From a virus: a stretch of DNA of 43,153 nt. The translations under genes were made by a program, and so were the position numbers. The stretch is from the IMG/VR virus record IMGVR_UViG_3300045988_016831; one strand, given 5' to 3'. The notes under the pieces are model-generated. The model was given only the letters and a program-made list of their open reading frames with translations. It was not told the origin of the DNA and made no database searches. Each line of letters opens with the position of its first letter. The stretch's first letter is position 1. Below are positions 8,164 to 17,131 of the stretch, one piece after another.

Positions 8164-9294
8164 ATGGATGTTGTGAATCTCAAGATTAAGGACTTGAAGC
8201 CTTACGAGAAGAATCCACGGAAGAACGATGGTGCTGTCGAATATGTGGCGAATAGCATTAAGGAGTTCGGATTCAAGGTTCCTATCGTGGTTGATAAGGA
8301 TAATGTCATTGTGGCCGGACACACACGCTATAAGGCGGCGAAAAAGCTGGGGCTGAAAGAAGTCCCGGCTATCGTTGCAGATGACTTGACAGATGAACAG
8401 GTCAAGGCCTTTCGATTGGCTGATAATAAGGTGGCAGAGCAGGCCGAATGGGATATTGATCTCTTGGGTGAGGAACTTTCTGACATATTGGATATTGACA
8501 TGGAGGACTTCGGCTTTTCTTTTTCAGAGGAAGATGTGGAAGTGGTGGAGGATGCTCCCGTAATAGATCCGAAAAAAGACCCTGTTACGAAACTTGGAGA
8601 TATGTGGAAAATGGGGGGGCATCTTCTACTGTGCGGAGATAGCACCAATATCACTGACGTGGAAAGGCTTATGGGCGGAGAAAAAGCTGACATGGTATTC
8701 ACAGATCCGCCTTACGGGTACGAGTACCAAAGTAATAGCAGAGGAGAGAAATTTGAGGTACTGAAGAACGATGACAAGATCCTCGATTTCTTTCCAAATA
8801 TTCAGATGGTGTGCAATGGTTTTGTATTCATATGCACCACATGGAAAGTACTTGATAAGTGGCTTCCGTTATTCAAAAAATACCATAATCTTACAAATAT
8901 GATTATATGGAGCAAAGGTGGCGGAGGCATTGGCGATCTGGCGCATACATTCGCCACCGATTATGAAGTTATCCTTTGCTCAAATAACGGGAGAGAAATC
9001 ACAGGCAAGCGAATCGGATCTGTATGGGCGATAAAAAAGGATTCTGGCAACAGGTATGTACACCCAACGCAGAAGCCAGTGAAGCTGTCTGAATTTGCGA
9101 TACGGAACACCACTGAAAGGGGGGAAATTGTCCTTGATCTGTTCGGTGGTTCTGGATCTACGTTGATAGCATGCGAGCAGCTTGATAGGCGCTGCAGGAT
9201 GATGGAGTACGACCCTATATACTGTGATGTCATCGTGGAAAGATGGGAACAATTTACAGGAGAAAAAGCGGAGCTTGTCAGCGGGAATGAATAA
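8164..9294 (+). CDS. ParB-like nuclease domain fused to an amino DNA methyltransferase
   Basis: LKPYEKNPRKND...AGHTRYKAAKKLG (ParB N-domain), FTDPPYG, HPTQKPVKL and DLFGGSGST. Confidence 0.85.
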   Translation: MDVVNLKIKDLKPYEKNPRKNDGAVEYVANSIKEFGFKVPIVVDKDNVIVAGHTRYKAAKKLGLKEVPAIVADDLTDEQVKAFRLADNKVAEQAEWDIDLLGEELSDILDIDMEDFGFSFSEEDVEVVEDAPVIDPKKDPVTKLGDMWKMGGHLLLCGDSTNITDVERLMGGEKADMVFTDPPYGYEYQSNSRGEKFEVLKNDDKILDFFPNIQMVCNGFVFICTTWKVLDKWLPLFKKYHNLTNMIIWSKGGGGIGDLAHTFATDYEVILCSNNGREITGKRIGSVWAIKKDSGNRYVHPTQKPVKLSEFAIRNTTERGEIVLDLFGGSGSTLIACEQLDRRCRMMEYDPIYCDVIVERWEQFTGEKAELVSGNE

Positions 9295-9316
9295 GATGGA
9301 GTAGCGAGATGGTAGG

Positions 9317-10864
9317 ATGGCGAACGAAAAAAACTTAGTGCCACAAAGCGAACGAACAAAGAGCGAACAAAGAGAAATTGCAAAAAAAGGCGGAATTAAA
9401 TCTGGTCAGGTTCGCCGTCAGAAAAAGACACTTTCCGACCTTGCAAAAATGATAGCTGACAACCCGGCCCCGGATGCCGCCAGACGAAAGCTGGAACAGA
9501 TAGGCATAGAAGCCGAGGATGCCAGCAACAACGCTGTAATCGTGGCTTCTGTGTACTCTAAGGCCGTCAAGGGCAATATGCAGGCCGTTGAAAAGTGGGA
9601 ACAGCTCGTAGCGGAGACCAAGGAAGATGCCGGGAAGTATGAGCTGCCCGCCCGGGTGCTTGGTAAGGCGTTCGTGGATATCAACAGGCAGATCCGCCCT
9701 AACATGGAATATGTGTTTGAGGGCGGACGTGGCGGTCTGAAATCCTCTTTCGTGTCGTTGAAAATCATAGAGCTGATTAAGAACAACCCGCAGATGCACG
9801 CCTGTATCACTCGTCAGGTGGCCGGAACGCTGAAAGATTCCGTGTACGCTCAGATGAAATGGGCTATCCATGAGCTGGAGCTGGACGAGGAGTTCAACTG
9901 CAAGGTGTCGCCGCTGGAGATTATCTACATCAAGACAGGACAAGTAATCTACTTCCGAGGTCTGGACGATGAAACGAAGCTGAAATCCATCAAGCCGCCA
10001 TTTGGCTATATCGGTATTCTCTGGAAAGAGGAGAAAGACCAGATGAAGGGCGACGCCCAGGAGCGATCGGTTAATCAGTCCGTGCTCCGTGGTGGTAATG
10101 AATCATATGATTTCTCGTCCTATAATCCGCCAAAGAGCAAGAGCAACTGGGTACACCGCATTAAGCTCAAACCGAATCCGAAGCGTGTCATTCATCATTC
10201 CTGTTACACCGAAGCTCCGCCGGAGTGGTTAGGCCAGAAGTTCATTGATGACGCGGAGCACCTGAAAGAGGTCAACCCGGAAGCCTATGAGCATGAATAC
10301 CTGGGCGTAGCGAACGGAGACGGCGGCAATGTGTTCGAGTATATTGAACTCCGAGAGATTACAGACGAAGAGATCGTCCAGATGGACAAGATATACCAGG
10401 GCGTAGACTGGGGCTGGTATCCTGACCGATACGCTTTTGTGCGCGTCTACTATGACCATGCACGGGAGACTCTGTACTTCATTGACGAGATTGGGGAAAA
10501 CAAGAAAGCGAACAGTTACACGGCGGCGAGAATCAAGGAACGCGGATATGATGACTATGCGATTATCTGCGACAGTGCGGAGCCAAAGTCAGTAGCTGAC
10601 TACCGAGACGAGGGACTACCCGCCAGAGGAGCAGAAAAAGGCCCCGGAAGCGTCGAATACTCCATGAAGTGGCTGCAAGGAAAGAAGCTGGTCATGGATC
10701 CACGCCGTACACCGGAAGCCTGCAAAGAGTTCACAGAGTACGAGTATGACCGGGACAAGGATGGAAATGTAATCAGCGGATACCCGGACAAGAACAATCA
10801 CTTCATCGACGCAACACGATACGCAACAGAGCCGATATGGAAGAGAAGGGGAAGCAGCGCATAA
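9317..10864 (+). CDS. terL: Terminase large subunit (PBSX-type) with ~110-aa basic N-terminal extension
   Basis: Walker-A-like GGRGGLKSS, later nuclease-region acidic motifs, and position directly before the portal. The N-terminus KGGIKSGQVRRQKK resembles small-terminase N-termini. Confidence 0.8.
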   Translation: MANEKNLVPQSERTKSEQREIAKKGGIKSGQVRRQKKTLSDLAKMIADNPAPDAARRKLEQIGIEAEDASNNAVIVASVYSKAVKGNMQAVEKWEQLVAETKEDAGKYELPARVLGKAFVDINRQIRPNMEYVFEGGRGGLKSSFVSLKIIELIKNNPQMHACITRQVAGTLKDSVYAQMKWAIHELELDEEFNCKVSPLEIIYIKTGQVIYFRGLDDETKLKSIKPPFGYIGILWKEEKDQMKGDAQERSVNQSVLRGGNESYDFSSYNPPKSKSNWVHRIKLKPNPKRVIHHSCYTEAPPEWLGQKFIDDAEHLKEVNPEAYEHEYLGVANGDGGNVFEYIELREITDEEIVQMDKIYQGVDWGWYPDRYAFVRVYYDHARETLYFIDEIGENKKANSYTAARIKERGYDDYAIICDSAEPKSVADYRDEGLPARGAEKGPGSVEYSMKWLQGKKLVMDPRRTPEACKEFTEYEYDRDKDGNVISGYPDKNNHFIDATRYATEPIWKRRGSSA

Positions 10865-12306
10865 TGGGACTGATATCAACAATTAGAAGGTGGATAAGTA
10901 TGTTATTCAAAAGCCAAGCAGAAAAAGACTTTCAGATTACCGCCCCGGATCTTTCAGAGATGGATGCCGTGGTGAGCACCTGTGCCAACATATACGCGGG
11001 CCGTCCGCTGTGGGTGAACGGGAAAGACGGGGTTAAGACCATCAACTTCGCCAAGTCCTTATGTTCCGAAACAGCCCGGCTCACGACCCTTGCAATCGGT
11101 GTGACCATTGACGGTAGCGCAAGGGCAGAGTGGCTCCAGCAGCAGATTGATAAGTCATATTTCCAGATTCGCCACTGGGTAGAGTATGGATGCGCTTATG
11201 GTACGGTGTACATCAAGCCTAATGGCCAGACCCTGGACGTATTCACACCGGGGGATGTACTTCTGGTTGACTATGATAACTTGGGCGTTAAGGGTATCAT
11301 ATTCAAGGACACATACACCGAGGGCGACGAGCGCTATACACGCCTTGAATATCACAGATTCGTGCCTGTGGATAACGAGGGCTATGAGCCGTACATCATT
11401 ACCAATAAGGCTTACGTATCCCGGAAAGAGGACAGCATCGGCAAACCGATACCACTGGAGAAAACCAGATGGGCCGGGCTGATGGAAGAAACACCGCCGA
11501 TTCTCAAGGGAGACGGTACCAGACTGGACGGCCCCATGTTCGGTATGTTCAGAACCCCGCAGGCCAACAATGTTGATATGAGTGTGCCGACGGGCCTGCC
11601 GATATTCAGAGAAGCCATCGAGGAGCTGAAAGACCTTGACACGGCATACAGCCGGAACGCCGGCGAGATCTTCGACAGCGAAAAGATTATCCTTGCGGAC
11701 GATACTCTGATGATGCCGTCCGGCACGAGTTTTAAGAATACAACGGAAGCCACGAGAGAGCAGACACGAAAAGATATGAAGCTCCCGCACTATGTCAAGA
11801 ATGTATTTGGTAACGGTACGGACTATTTCTATCAGGAAATTAACCCGCAGCTCAATACAGATGTTCGGCTGGCTGGAATTAATGCTCTGCTGTCCCAGAT
11901 TGGATACAAGGCCGGATTCAGCAACGGGTATTTTGTATTCAATGAGAAATCCGGGATGGTGACAGCTACACAGGTAGAAGCAGACGACCGCCGGACGATT
12001 CAGCTTATCAAGGATGTTCGAGATAAACTGGAGGACTGCCTGAATGGTGTAATCTATGCACTCAATGTATTTGCCGACCTGTACGGTCTGGCCCCGGTGG
12101 GTACTTACGAAACAACTTACGACTTCGGTGATATCACGTACAACCGGGAAGAGGATAGGGCCAGATGGTGGCAGTACGTGACACAGGGTAAGGTTCCGGC
12201 CTGGATGTACTTTGTGAAGTTTGAGGGTATGTCCGAAGAGGAAGCGAAAGCAATGGTGGAAGAAGCTCAGCCAAAAGAAGAGCCGGGGCTTTTCGTAGAG
12301 GAGTGA
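10864..12306 (+). CDS. Portal protein (SPP1 gp6-like)
   Basis: About 480 aa. TAATG overlap with terL. Followed by a minor capsid/head morphogenesis gene. Confidence 0.75.
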   Translation: MGLISTIRRWISMLFKSQAEKDFQITAPDLSEMDAVVSTCANIYAGRPLWVNGKDGVKTINFAKSLCSETARLTTLAIGVTIDGSARAEWLQQQIDKSYFQIRHWVEYGCAYGTVYIKPNGQTLDVFTPGDVLLVDYDNLGVKGIIFKDTYTEGDERYTRLEYHRFVPVDNEGYEPYIITNKAYVSRKEDSIGKPIPLEKTRWAGLMEETPPILKGDGTRLDGPMFGMFRTPQANNVDMSVPTGLPIFREAIEELKDLDTAYSRNAGEIFDSEKIILADDTLMMPSGTSFKNTTEATREQTRKDMKLPHYVKNVFGNGTDYFYQEINPQLNTDVRLAGINALLSQIGYKAGFSNGYFVFNEKSGMVTATQVEADDRRTIQLIKDVRDKLEDCLNGVIYALNVFADLYGLAPVGTYETTYDFGDITYNREEDRARWWQYVTQGKVPAWMYFVKFEGMSEEEAKAMVEEAQPKEEPGLFVEE

Positions 12307-12402
12307 TAGGATGACCCACGCAAGCCGAAAGGATGGTGATCCGCACATCTCCCGGCCACTGGGTTAAGTGGTGAGTAATCAGTCAGGAGGGAGTGATACA
12401 AT

Positions 12403-13632
12403 ATGCTTGAACCGGAGTACCTTAGGCGGGTATCAGAGGGCAGTGAGCAGATTGCGTCCTCCCTCCATGATTATATTATCCGGCAGATTATACGCAGAAT
12501 CATGCTCCGCATCGGGAGGGGCGAGGAATACCTGCTCACATCATCGGACGTGTGGCGGATTAAGACCTTGCAGGAATCGGGGTATCTTCTGGAAGATATT
12601 ACCGCGGAGATTGCCAAGTACACCAAGTGGCAGAAGAAGGAGATCAAGGCCGCGATGGAAGAAGCTGGGATTAAGGCCCTGGAAGCAGACAATAAGGTAT
12701 ACCAGGCCGCCGGACTATCCCCGGAACCGCTCACGCAATCCCCGGCGCTTATCCGGCTTATGGAGCGGAATATGCTGGTCACGGTCAACGAATGGACGAA
12801 TTACACTCGAACCACGGCACAGGTGGCACAGGCGCTGTATATTGCTGAATGCGACATTGCTTATAATAAGGTGATGACCGGAGCGGTGAGCTATACGCAG
12901 GCCGTCAGAGAAGCCGTAGACACGATAGTCAAGGACGGCGTGGTAGTCCGGTATCCCACCGGACACAAGGATACCATAGAGACAGCCACGGCCCGTGCGG
13001 TGCGAACCGGCATAGCGCAGGCCACCGGGGATATATGCCTTAAGCGCATGGAAGAAATGGATTGGGATATTGTGCTGGTGTCCGCTCACGTGGGAGCCCG
13101 GACAGGTGACGGCGGGCAGAACCCGGGAAATCATGCGTGGTGGCAAGGCCAGTACTTTTCCAGGACTGGGAAAGATAAGCGCTTCCCGGACTTCAAGGAA
13201 TCCACCGGGTACGGGACTATAGAGGGACTGTGTGGTGTGAATTGCCGCCACAGCTTCGGAAGCGGAACGGGAGAAGCCAAGGATAACCCATACAAGGAGC
13301 TCATGACCGCGGATAACTATAGAGTGGAACAGGCGGAGAAGCGGCAGAGAGAGCTTGAACGCCGTATCCGCAAGACCAAGCGGGCGGTTATGGGATTGCA
13401 GGAAGCTGTAGACGGGTGCAAGGACGAACAGGTTAAGTTCTCCATGCAGCAGGAGCTTGACCGCAAATCTTACCTCTTACAGAGCCAGAATAAGGCGTAT
13501 AACGAGTATTGCAAGGACAACAATCTCCAGCCACTGGCCGACAGGCTTAGAATAGCACAATGGGGCCGGGAGCAGGCCGCGAGAGCGCGGGGAGCTGCAC
13601 GGCGATATGAAAACGCAAAAGGAGCAGATTAA
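12403..13632 (+). CDS. Minor capsid / head morphogenesis protein (Phage_min_cap2 / SPP1 gp7-like)
   Basis: MLEPEYLRRVSEGSEQIASSLHDYIIRQI N-terminus and position after the portal. AGGAGGG before the ATG. Confidence 0.7.
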   Translation: MLEPEYLRRVSEGSEQIASSLHDYIIRQIIRRIMLRIGRGEEYLLTSSDVWRIKTLQESGYLLEDITAEIAKYTKWQKKEIKAAMEEAGIKALEADNKVYQAAGLSPEPLTQSPALIRLMERNMLVTVNEWTNYTRTTAQVAQALYIAECDIAYNKVMTGAVSYTQAVREAVDTIVKDGVVVRYPTGHKDTIETATARAVRTGIAQATGDICLKRMEEMDWDIVLVSAHVGARTGDGGQNPGNHAWWQGQYFSRTGKDKRFPDFKESTGYGTIEGLCGVNCRHSFGSGTGEAKDNPYKELMTADNYRVEQAEKRQRELERRIRKTKRAVMGLQEAVDGCKDEQVKFSMQQELDRKSYLLQSQNKAYNEYCKDNNLQPLADRLRIAQWGREQAARARGAARRYENAKGAD

Positions 13633-13964
13633 TGTACTTATACGAACTGGGAAAAGCATTCATGACTATATGCGTGGGGATTTCTACGGTGGGAGCCGCC
13701 GGGACGATCATCTACAAGGCATACACAGAAGCCAAGAAGCCACAGGAAGACACCAACAAGCGGCTGGACAACATCGAGAAGCGGTTGGACGGCATAGACC
13801 AGAAGCTGACCAATGATTATACCCAGATTAATCAGAACCGGGATGACATGAATCTGCTTATGCGCAGCATGTTCGATCTCATTGAGAACAAGATTACCGG
13901 AAACAATGTAGAGGGGCTAAAAAAAACCAGAGACGATCTGATTCACGCCTTAACAGACAAGTAA
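13632..13964 (+). CDS. Small membrane-anchored coiled-coil protein
   Basis: TAATG coupling. One N-terminal TM segment (AFMTICVGISTVGAAGTIIY) followed by a heptad-like region. Confidence 0.55.
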   Translation: MYLYELGKAFMTICVGISTVGAAGTIIYKAYTEAKKPQEDTNKRLDNIEKRLDGIDQKLTNDYTQINQNRDDMNLLMRSMFDLIENKITGNNVEGLKKTRDDLIHALTDK

Positions 13965-13975
13965 GAGGGATTCGC

Positions 13976-14230
13976 TTGAAAATCTACGATTTTACCGCGC
14001 CGGAGCTGGCCTATTATAAAAAGTTCTGCAATTTCGATTCCAGGGAAGCTGCCCTGTATGATTTACGGGCGAAGAATATTCCTCTAGAAGAGTGCGCGGA
14101 GATACTGGGATACGAGAATATCCGCAAGTTGAGCCTGCGGGTGAATCGAAAGATTGTGAAAATGACAGATACCCGCCGGATGCGGGAATGGATAGATACA
14201 GTATACTGGAAAAGTGAACTGAACAAATAA
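13976..14230 (+). CDS. Hypothetical protein, possible HTH (84 aa, TTG start)
   Basis: ORF followed by a clear terminator. The sequence ...PLEECAEILGYENIRKLSLRVNRK is HTH-like. Confidence 0.4.
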   Translation: MKIYDFTAPELAYYKKFCNFDSREAALYDLRAKNIPLEECAEILGYENIRKLSLRVNRKIVKMTDTRRMREWIDTVYWKSELNK

Positions 14231-14261
14231 GGAACTTTTCAGAGCTTTCCTGGGCATTTAT

Positions 14262-14286
14262 AGAGCCTGTGGACGGCTCTTTTTTT
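14262..14286 (+). terminator. Rho-independent terminator inside the head module
   Basis: agagcc-tgtggac-ggctct hairpin followed by T7. Confidence 0.7.
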
Positions 14287-14408
14287 GTGCGAAAATATAG
14301 GCATGAACAGATATGACCCTTATGCGGATCCAGATCCGCAGGACGAGATCGAGATACCGATAAGGACAGATTACCGTGATATTATCGCGGCAGTGATGGA
14401 GGGCAAGC

Positions 14409-14831
14409 ATGAACGGATATATGCCTTACATGATGAACATGGACGCAATGGCGGCAGAACAGGCGGCCTTGCAGCAGCGAATCCAGCAGATGGAGCAGCA
14501 GAGACAGCAGTATCAACCCCAGCCGCAGGCTCCGGCGCAGAATGTGAACTGGATACAGGTGGCCGGAATTGAGGGGGCCAAGAATCAGATTGTACAGCCA
14601 GGGCAGACTGCGTGGATGATGGACAACAATAGCCCTGTATTCTACGTCAAGTCCGTAGATGGCATGGGCAGTGCCACATTCAAGGCTTTTCGATTTGAGG
14701 AGATTTCCCCGGACTGCATGGCTCCGCAGCCACAGCAGTCCCAGCCGGACTATGTGACCCGCGCTGAATTTGAAGACCTGCTCCGAAAACTGGGAGAACC
14801 TACACTGGAAAAGGAGGATAAGACCTTATGA
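14409..14831 (+). CDS. Hypothetical protein with Met/Gln-rich N-terminus
   Basis: GGAGGG before the ATG. N-terminus MNGYMPYMMNMDAMAAEQAALQQRIQQMEQQRQQYQPQPQAPAQ, then a globular-looking C-terminal half. Confidence 0.6.
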   Translation: MNGYMPYMMNMDAMAAEQAALQQRIQQMEQQRQQYQPQPQAPAQNVNWIQVAGIEGAKNQIVQPGQTAWMMDNNSPVFYVKSVDGMGSATFKAFRFEEISPDCMAPQPQQSQPDYVTRAEFEDLLRKLGEPTLEKEDKTL

Positions 14832-15082
14832 ATCCATTAATGGCAATGATGGGCGGTGGCCGGAACAATCCGATGGGTATGCTCGGGCAGGCTATGGGAA
14901 TGATTAATCAGGTGAGACAGTCCGGGAACCCGCAAGCCATGATGCAGCAGATGGCTGCGCAGAACCCGAACGTAAAAAAGGCTATGGATATGTGCCAAGG
15001 GAAGATCCCTGAACAGGTATTCATGGATATGTGCCGTCAGAACGGCATAGACCCCGGACAAATAACCGGGATGCTGAAATAG
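14828..15082 (+). CDS. Met/Gln/Asn-Pro-rich small protein (84 aa)
   Basis: ATGA coupling and AAGGAGG. Low-complexity NPxxMMQQM-type repeats. Confidence 0.55.
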   Translation: MNPLMAMMGGGRNNPMGMLGQAMGMINQVRQSGNPQAMMQQMAAQNPNVKKAMDMCQGKIPEQVFMDMCRQNGIDPGQITGMLK

Positions 15083-15136
15083 CTATCTCGTCGGTGCGCA
15101 ACGACTTGATAAATATAAGATAAGGAGATAACCAAC

Positions 15137-15823
15137 ATGACAGATGGAATGGGCTTAACAGCGGCTGACGTGGCTGCTGTAACCAGAAACGACAATGATG
15201 GCATGTGGGGCAACGGTGGATGGTGGATCTGGATCATCCTGATTGCGTTCCTCTTCCCGATGATGGGCGGATGGAATCGCAACGGCGTTGAGACAGGCGT
15301 ACAGGACAACTTCATTTCTGATGAATTCGTCAAGCGCGATATCTTCAATACCAACCAGAACGTAAGCAACACAGCTTGTCAGACCCAGAGAGACATTCTG
15401 GAAAATCGGTACACCAATCAGCTAGGATTACAGCAGTTAGGGGCACAGTCCCAGCAGTGCTGCTGTGAGACGCAGAAAGAAATCCTTGAGAATCGCTACG
15501 CTGCTGCTCTGCAGGCGCAGGCCGCACAGGCACAGATTGCATCTTGCTGCTGCGATATTAAGGAGACCATTCTGGCGGATGGTCAGGCGACCAGACAGCT
15601 GATGCAGGAAAATACCATCCAGAGCCTGCGGGATAAGCTGGCAGACCGGGATAGAGACCTTCAGACCGCATACTGGCAGATTTCTCAGGTCAACCAGACC
15701 AAGAATATCGTGGATGCAGTACGTCCGACCCCGATTCCGGCTTTCCTGACTTGCAGCCCGTACTTCGCATATAACAGTGGTTCCTTTTACGGGGGCGGCT
15801 GTTGTAGTGGAAACGTGCTGTGA
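15137..15823 (+). CDS. Membrane-anchored protein with three Cys-cluster repeats
   Basis: AAGGAG before the ATG. TM segment GGWWIWIILIAFLFPMMGGW. Repeats CQTQRDILENRY / CCCETQKEILENRY / CCCDIKETIL and a C-terminal GGGCCSGNVL. Confidence 0.6.
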   Translation: MTDGMGLTAADVAAVTRNDNDGMWGNGGWWIWIILIAFLFPMMGGWNRNGVETGVQDNFISDEFVKRDIFNTNQNVSNTACQTQRDILENRYTNQLGLQQLGAQSQQCCCETQKEILENRYAAALQAQAAQAQIASCCCDIKETILADGQATRQLMQENTIQSLRDKLADRDRDLQTAYWQISQVNQTKNIVDAVRPTPIPAFLTCSPYFAYNSGSFYGGGCCSGNVL

Positions 15824-16032
15824 CCAACCAGGAGCTGACCGTTCTAGATCTTCTTAACCTGTTCGGAGTCTTTCTGCAGGTGCTTAATTACCAGAGCGAC
15901 CTATCGCAGGAAAGCAACGCAGACCTCGCAAGGCACCTGCAGGAGCAGGACAAGAAGTATCTGGATCGGATTCTGGAAAATCAGAACAAAATAATTAGCA
16001 TGTTGGAAGAATCCATATCTACCACAAGGTAG
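15820..16032 (+). CDS. Hypothetical protein (70 aa, GTG start)
   Basis: GTGA coupling with the upstream gene. Followed by a terminator. Confidence 0.45.
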   Translation: MTNQELTVLDLLNLFGVFLQVLNYQSDLSQESNADLARHLQEQDKKYLDRILENQNKIISMLEESISTTR

Positions 16033-16040
16033 TCTTGCGC

Positions 16041-16072
16041 AAGGGGTAGGCGTGGCCTGCCCCTTATTTTTT
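16041..16072 (+). terminator. Rho-independent terminator
   Basis: aaggggtaggc-gtg-gcctgcccctt (11-bp stem with one G-U pair) followed by aTTTTTT. Confidence 0.75.
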
Positions 16073-16088
16073 AAAGAAGGAGAAAAAT

Positions 16089-16517
16089 ATGCTTAATGTA
16101 ATTGCAAAGACGGCACAGACCGTCGATACCAATCAGAACATCATATTCACAGATACGCGCGTCAAATCTCGGCGCTGTGGCTGCCAGAGCGGATGGCTTA
16201 GTCACATCGAGGGAAGCGGCCTGTTCACTATCACCAATCGTGGAAATCAGCCGATGGCGGTGGAACTTCAGTTCAACGCAAATGTGACAGCTGCGGCCGC
16301 TGGAGCAACCACTCTTACGCTTGAGCTGAACGGAGAAGCGATTGGGGGGACAGAGATGGATTATACCGTAGTTACTGCGGATGTGTACCAGAACGTAAGC
16401 GCGGATACGCTTATCCCGGTTCCGGCTGGAACTTCCTTAACTGTATCGGTTGGGAACATTTCAACTGGAGCGGTTCTTGTCAAAGATGCGAACCTTATCA
16501 TTAAGAAGGTAGCTTAG
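16089..16517 (+). CDS. BclA-C / C1q-TNF-like beta-sandwich protein (candidate decoration protein)
   Basis: AAGGAG before the ATG. The pattern ...LTLELNGEAIGGTEM...VSADTLIPVPAGTSLTVSVGN...ANLIIKKV resembles BclA C-terminal-domain proteins of Firmicutes. Confidence 0.4.
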   Translation: MLNVIAKTAQTVDTNQNIIFTDTRVKSRRCGCQSGWLSHIEGSGLFTITNRGNQPMAVELQFNANVTAAAAGATTLTLELNGEAIGGTEMDYTVVTADVYQNVSADTLIPVPAGTSLTVSVGNISTGAVLVKDANLIIKKVA

Positions 16518-16528
16518 GAGGTGATCAC

Positions 16529-17131
16529 ATGATTACCTTCAAGAGCAAGGCAGACGTGCAGACAGTAGAGGATGTATACGCCGAAGTCAATGCGCGGTAT
16601 ATCGCCGCGCTGATGTTCCACGACCAGATGGCGGACTACTTCGACTTTCTCGGTCTGCATGGATATAAGCGGCTCCACGAACATCAGTATTATGAAGAGA
16701 GCCGGGAGCGCCGGAAACTGAATCGGTACTATATCAATCATCATGGGCGACTTATACTTGATAGATTTACAGGAACGGTGAACATGATACCGGACGGTTG
16801 GATTACTGCCAATCGAATCAGTGTAGGTCGCAGCACTAAGCAGAAAGCCGTGGAGGATGGATTCAACGCTTACAGGGAGTGGGAAGCAGAGACAAAAAAG
16901 CTCTATGAGAACTATTCCAAGAAGCTCCGAGACCTCGGGGCGGTTTCTGACGCTGTATTCCTGGAATCTATGGTAGAGGACGTGAGTGAAGAGCTGAAAC
17001 AGCTGGAAAGAATCATCACTGACCTGATATCCGCCGGGTACGATATGGTCTATGTGGTGGAAAGCCAGAAGAAACTGCACGATAAGTATAAGGCAGTAGA
17101 AAAGAGGTGGGATAATGAGCGAACTGATTAG
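16529..17131 (+). CDS. Ferritin-like four-helix-bundle protein (divergent metal ligands)
   Basis: TAGGAGG before the ATG. YIAALMFHDQMADYFDFLGLHGYKRLHEHQYYEESRERRKL and DAVFLESMVEDVSEELKQLERII align by eye with ferritin helices A/B and C/D. Confidence 0.35.
   Translation: MITFKSKADVQTVEDVYAEVNARYIAALMFHDQMADYFDFLGLHGYKRLHEHQYYEESRERRKLNRYYINHHGRLILDRFTGTVNMIPDGWITANRISVGRSTKQKAVEDGFNAYREWEAETKKLYENYSKKLRDLGAVSDAVFLESMVEDVSEELKQLERIITDLISAGYDMVYVVESQKKLHDKYKAVEKRWDNERTD

Noticed and set aside
11155-12348. 397-aa minus-strand ORF
   Set aside because: Entirely antisense to the portal gene. Composition is Arg/Leu/Ser/Cys-rich, as for a shadow frame, and there is no operon context on the - strand here. 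The same reasoning applies to 16514..17359(-), 3959..4642(-), 9335..9943(-), 25652..26212(-) and 23137..23802(-).
12368-12874. 168-aa alternative-frame ORF overlapping the start of the minor capsid gene
   Set aside because: Arg/Pro/Ser-rich out-of-frame translation. The 12403 frame has the AGGAGGG RBS and a recognisable family N-terminus.
14285-14572. 95-aa ORF (or ATG 14303 version) just after the 14262 terminator, overlapping 14409..14831 in another frame
   Set aside because: There is no SD, and its second half (GGRTGGLAAANPADGAAE...) looks like out-of-frame noise. The first ~35 codons could be a real mini-ORF or a frameshift partner, but I cannot support that from sequence alone.
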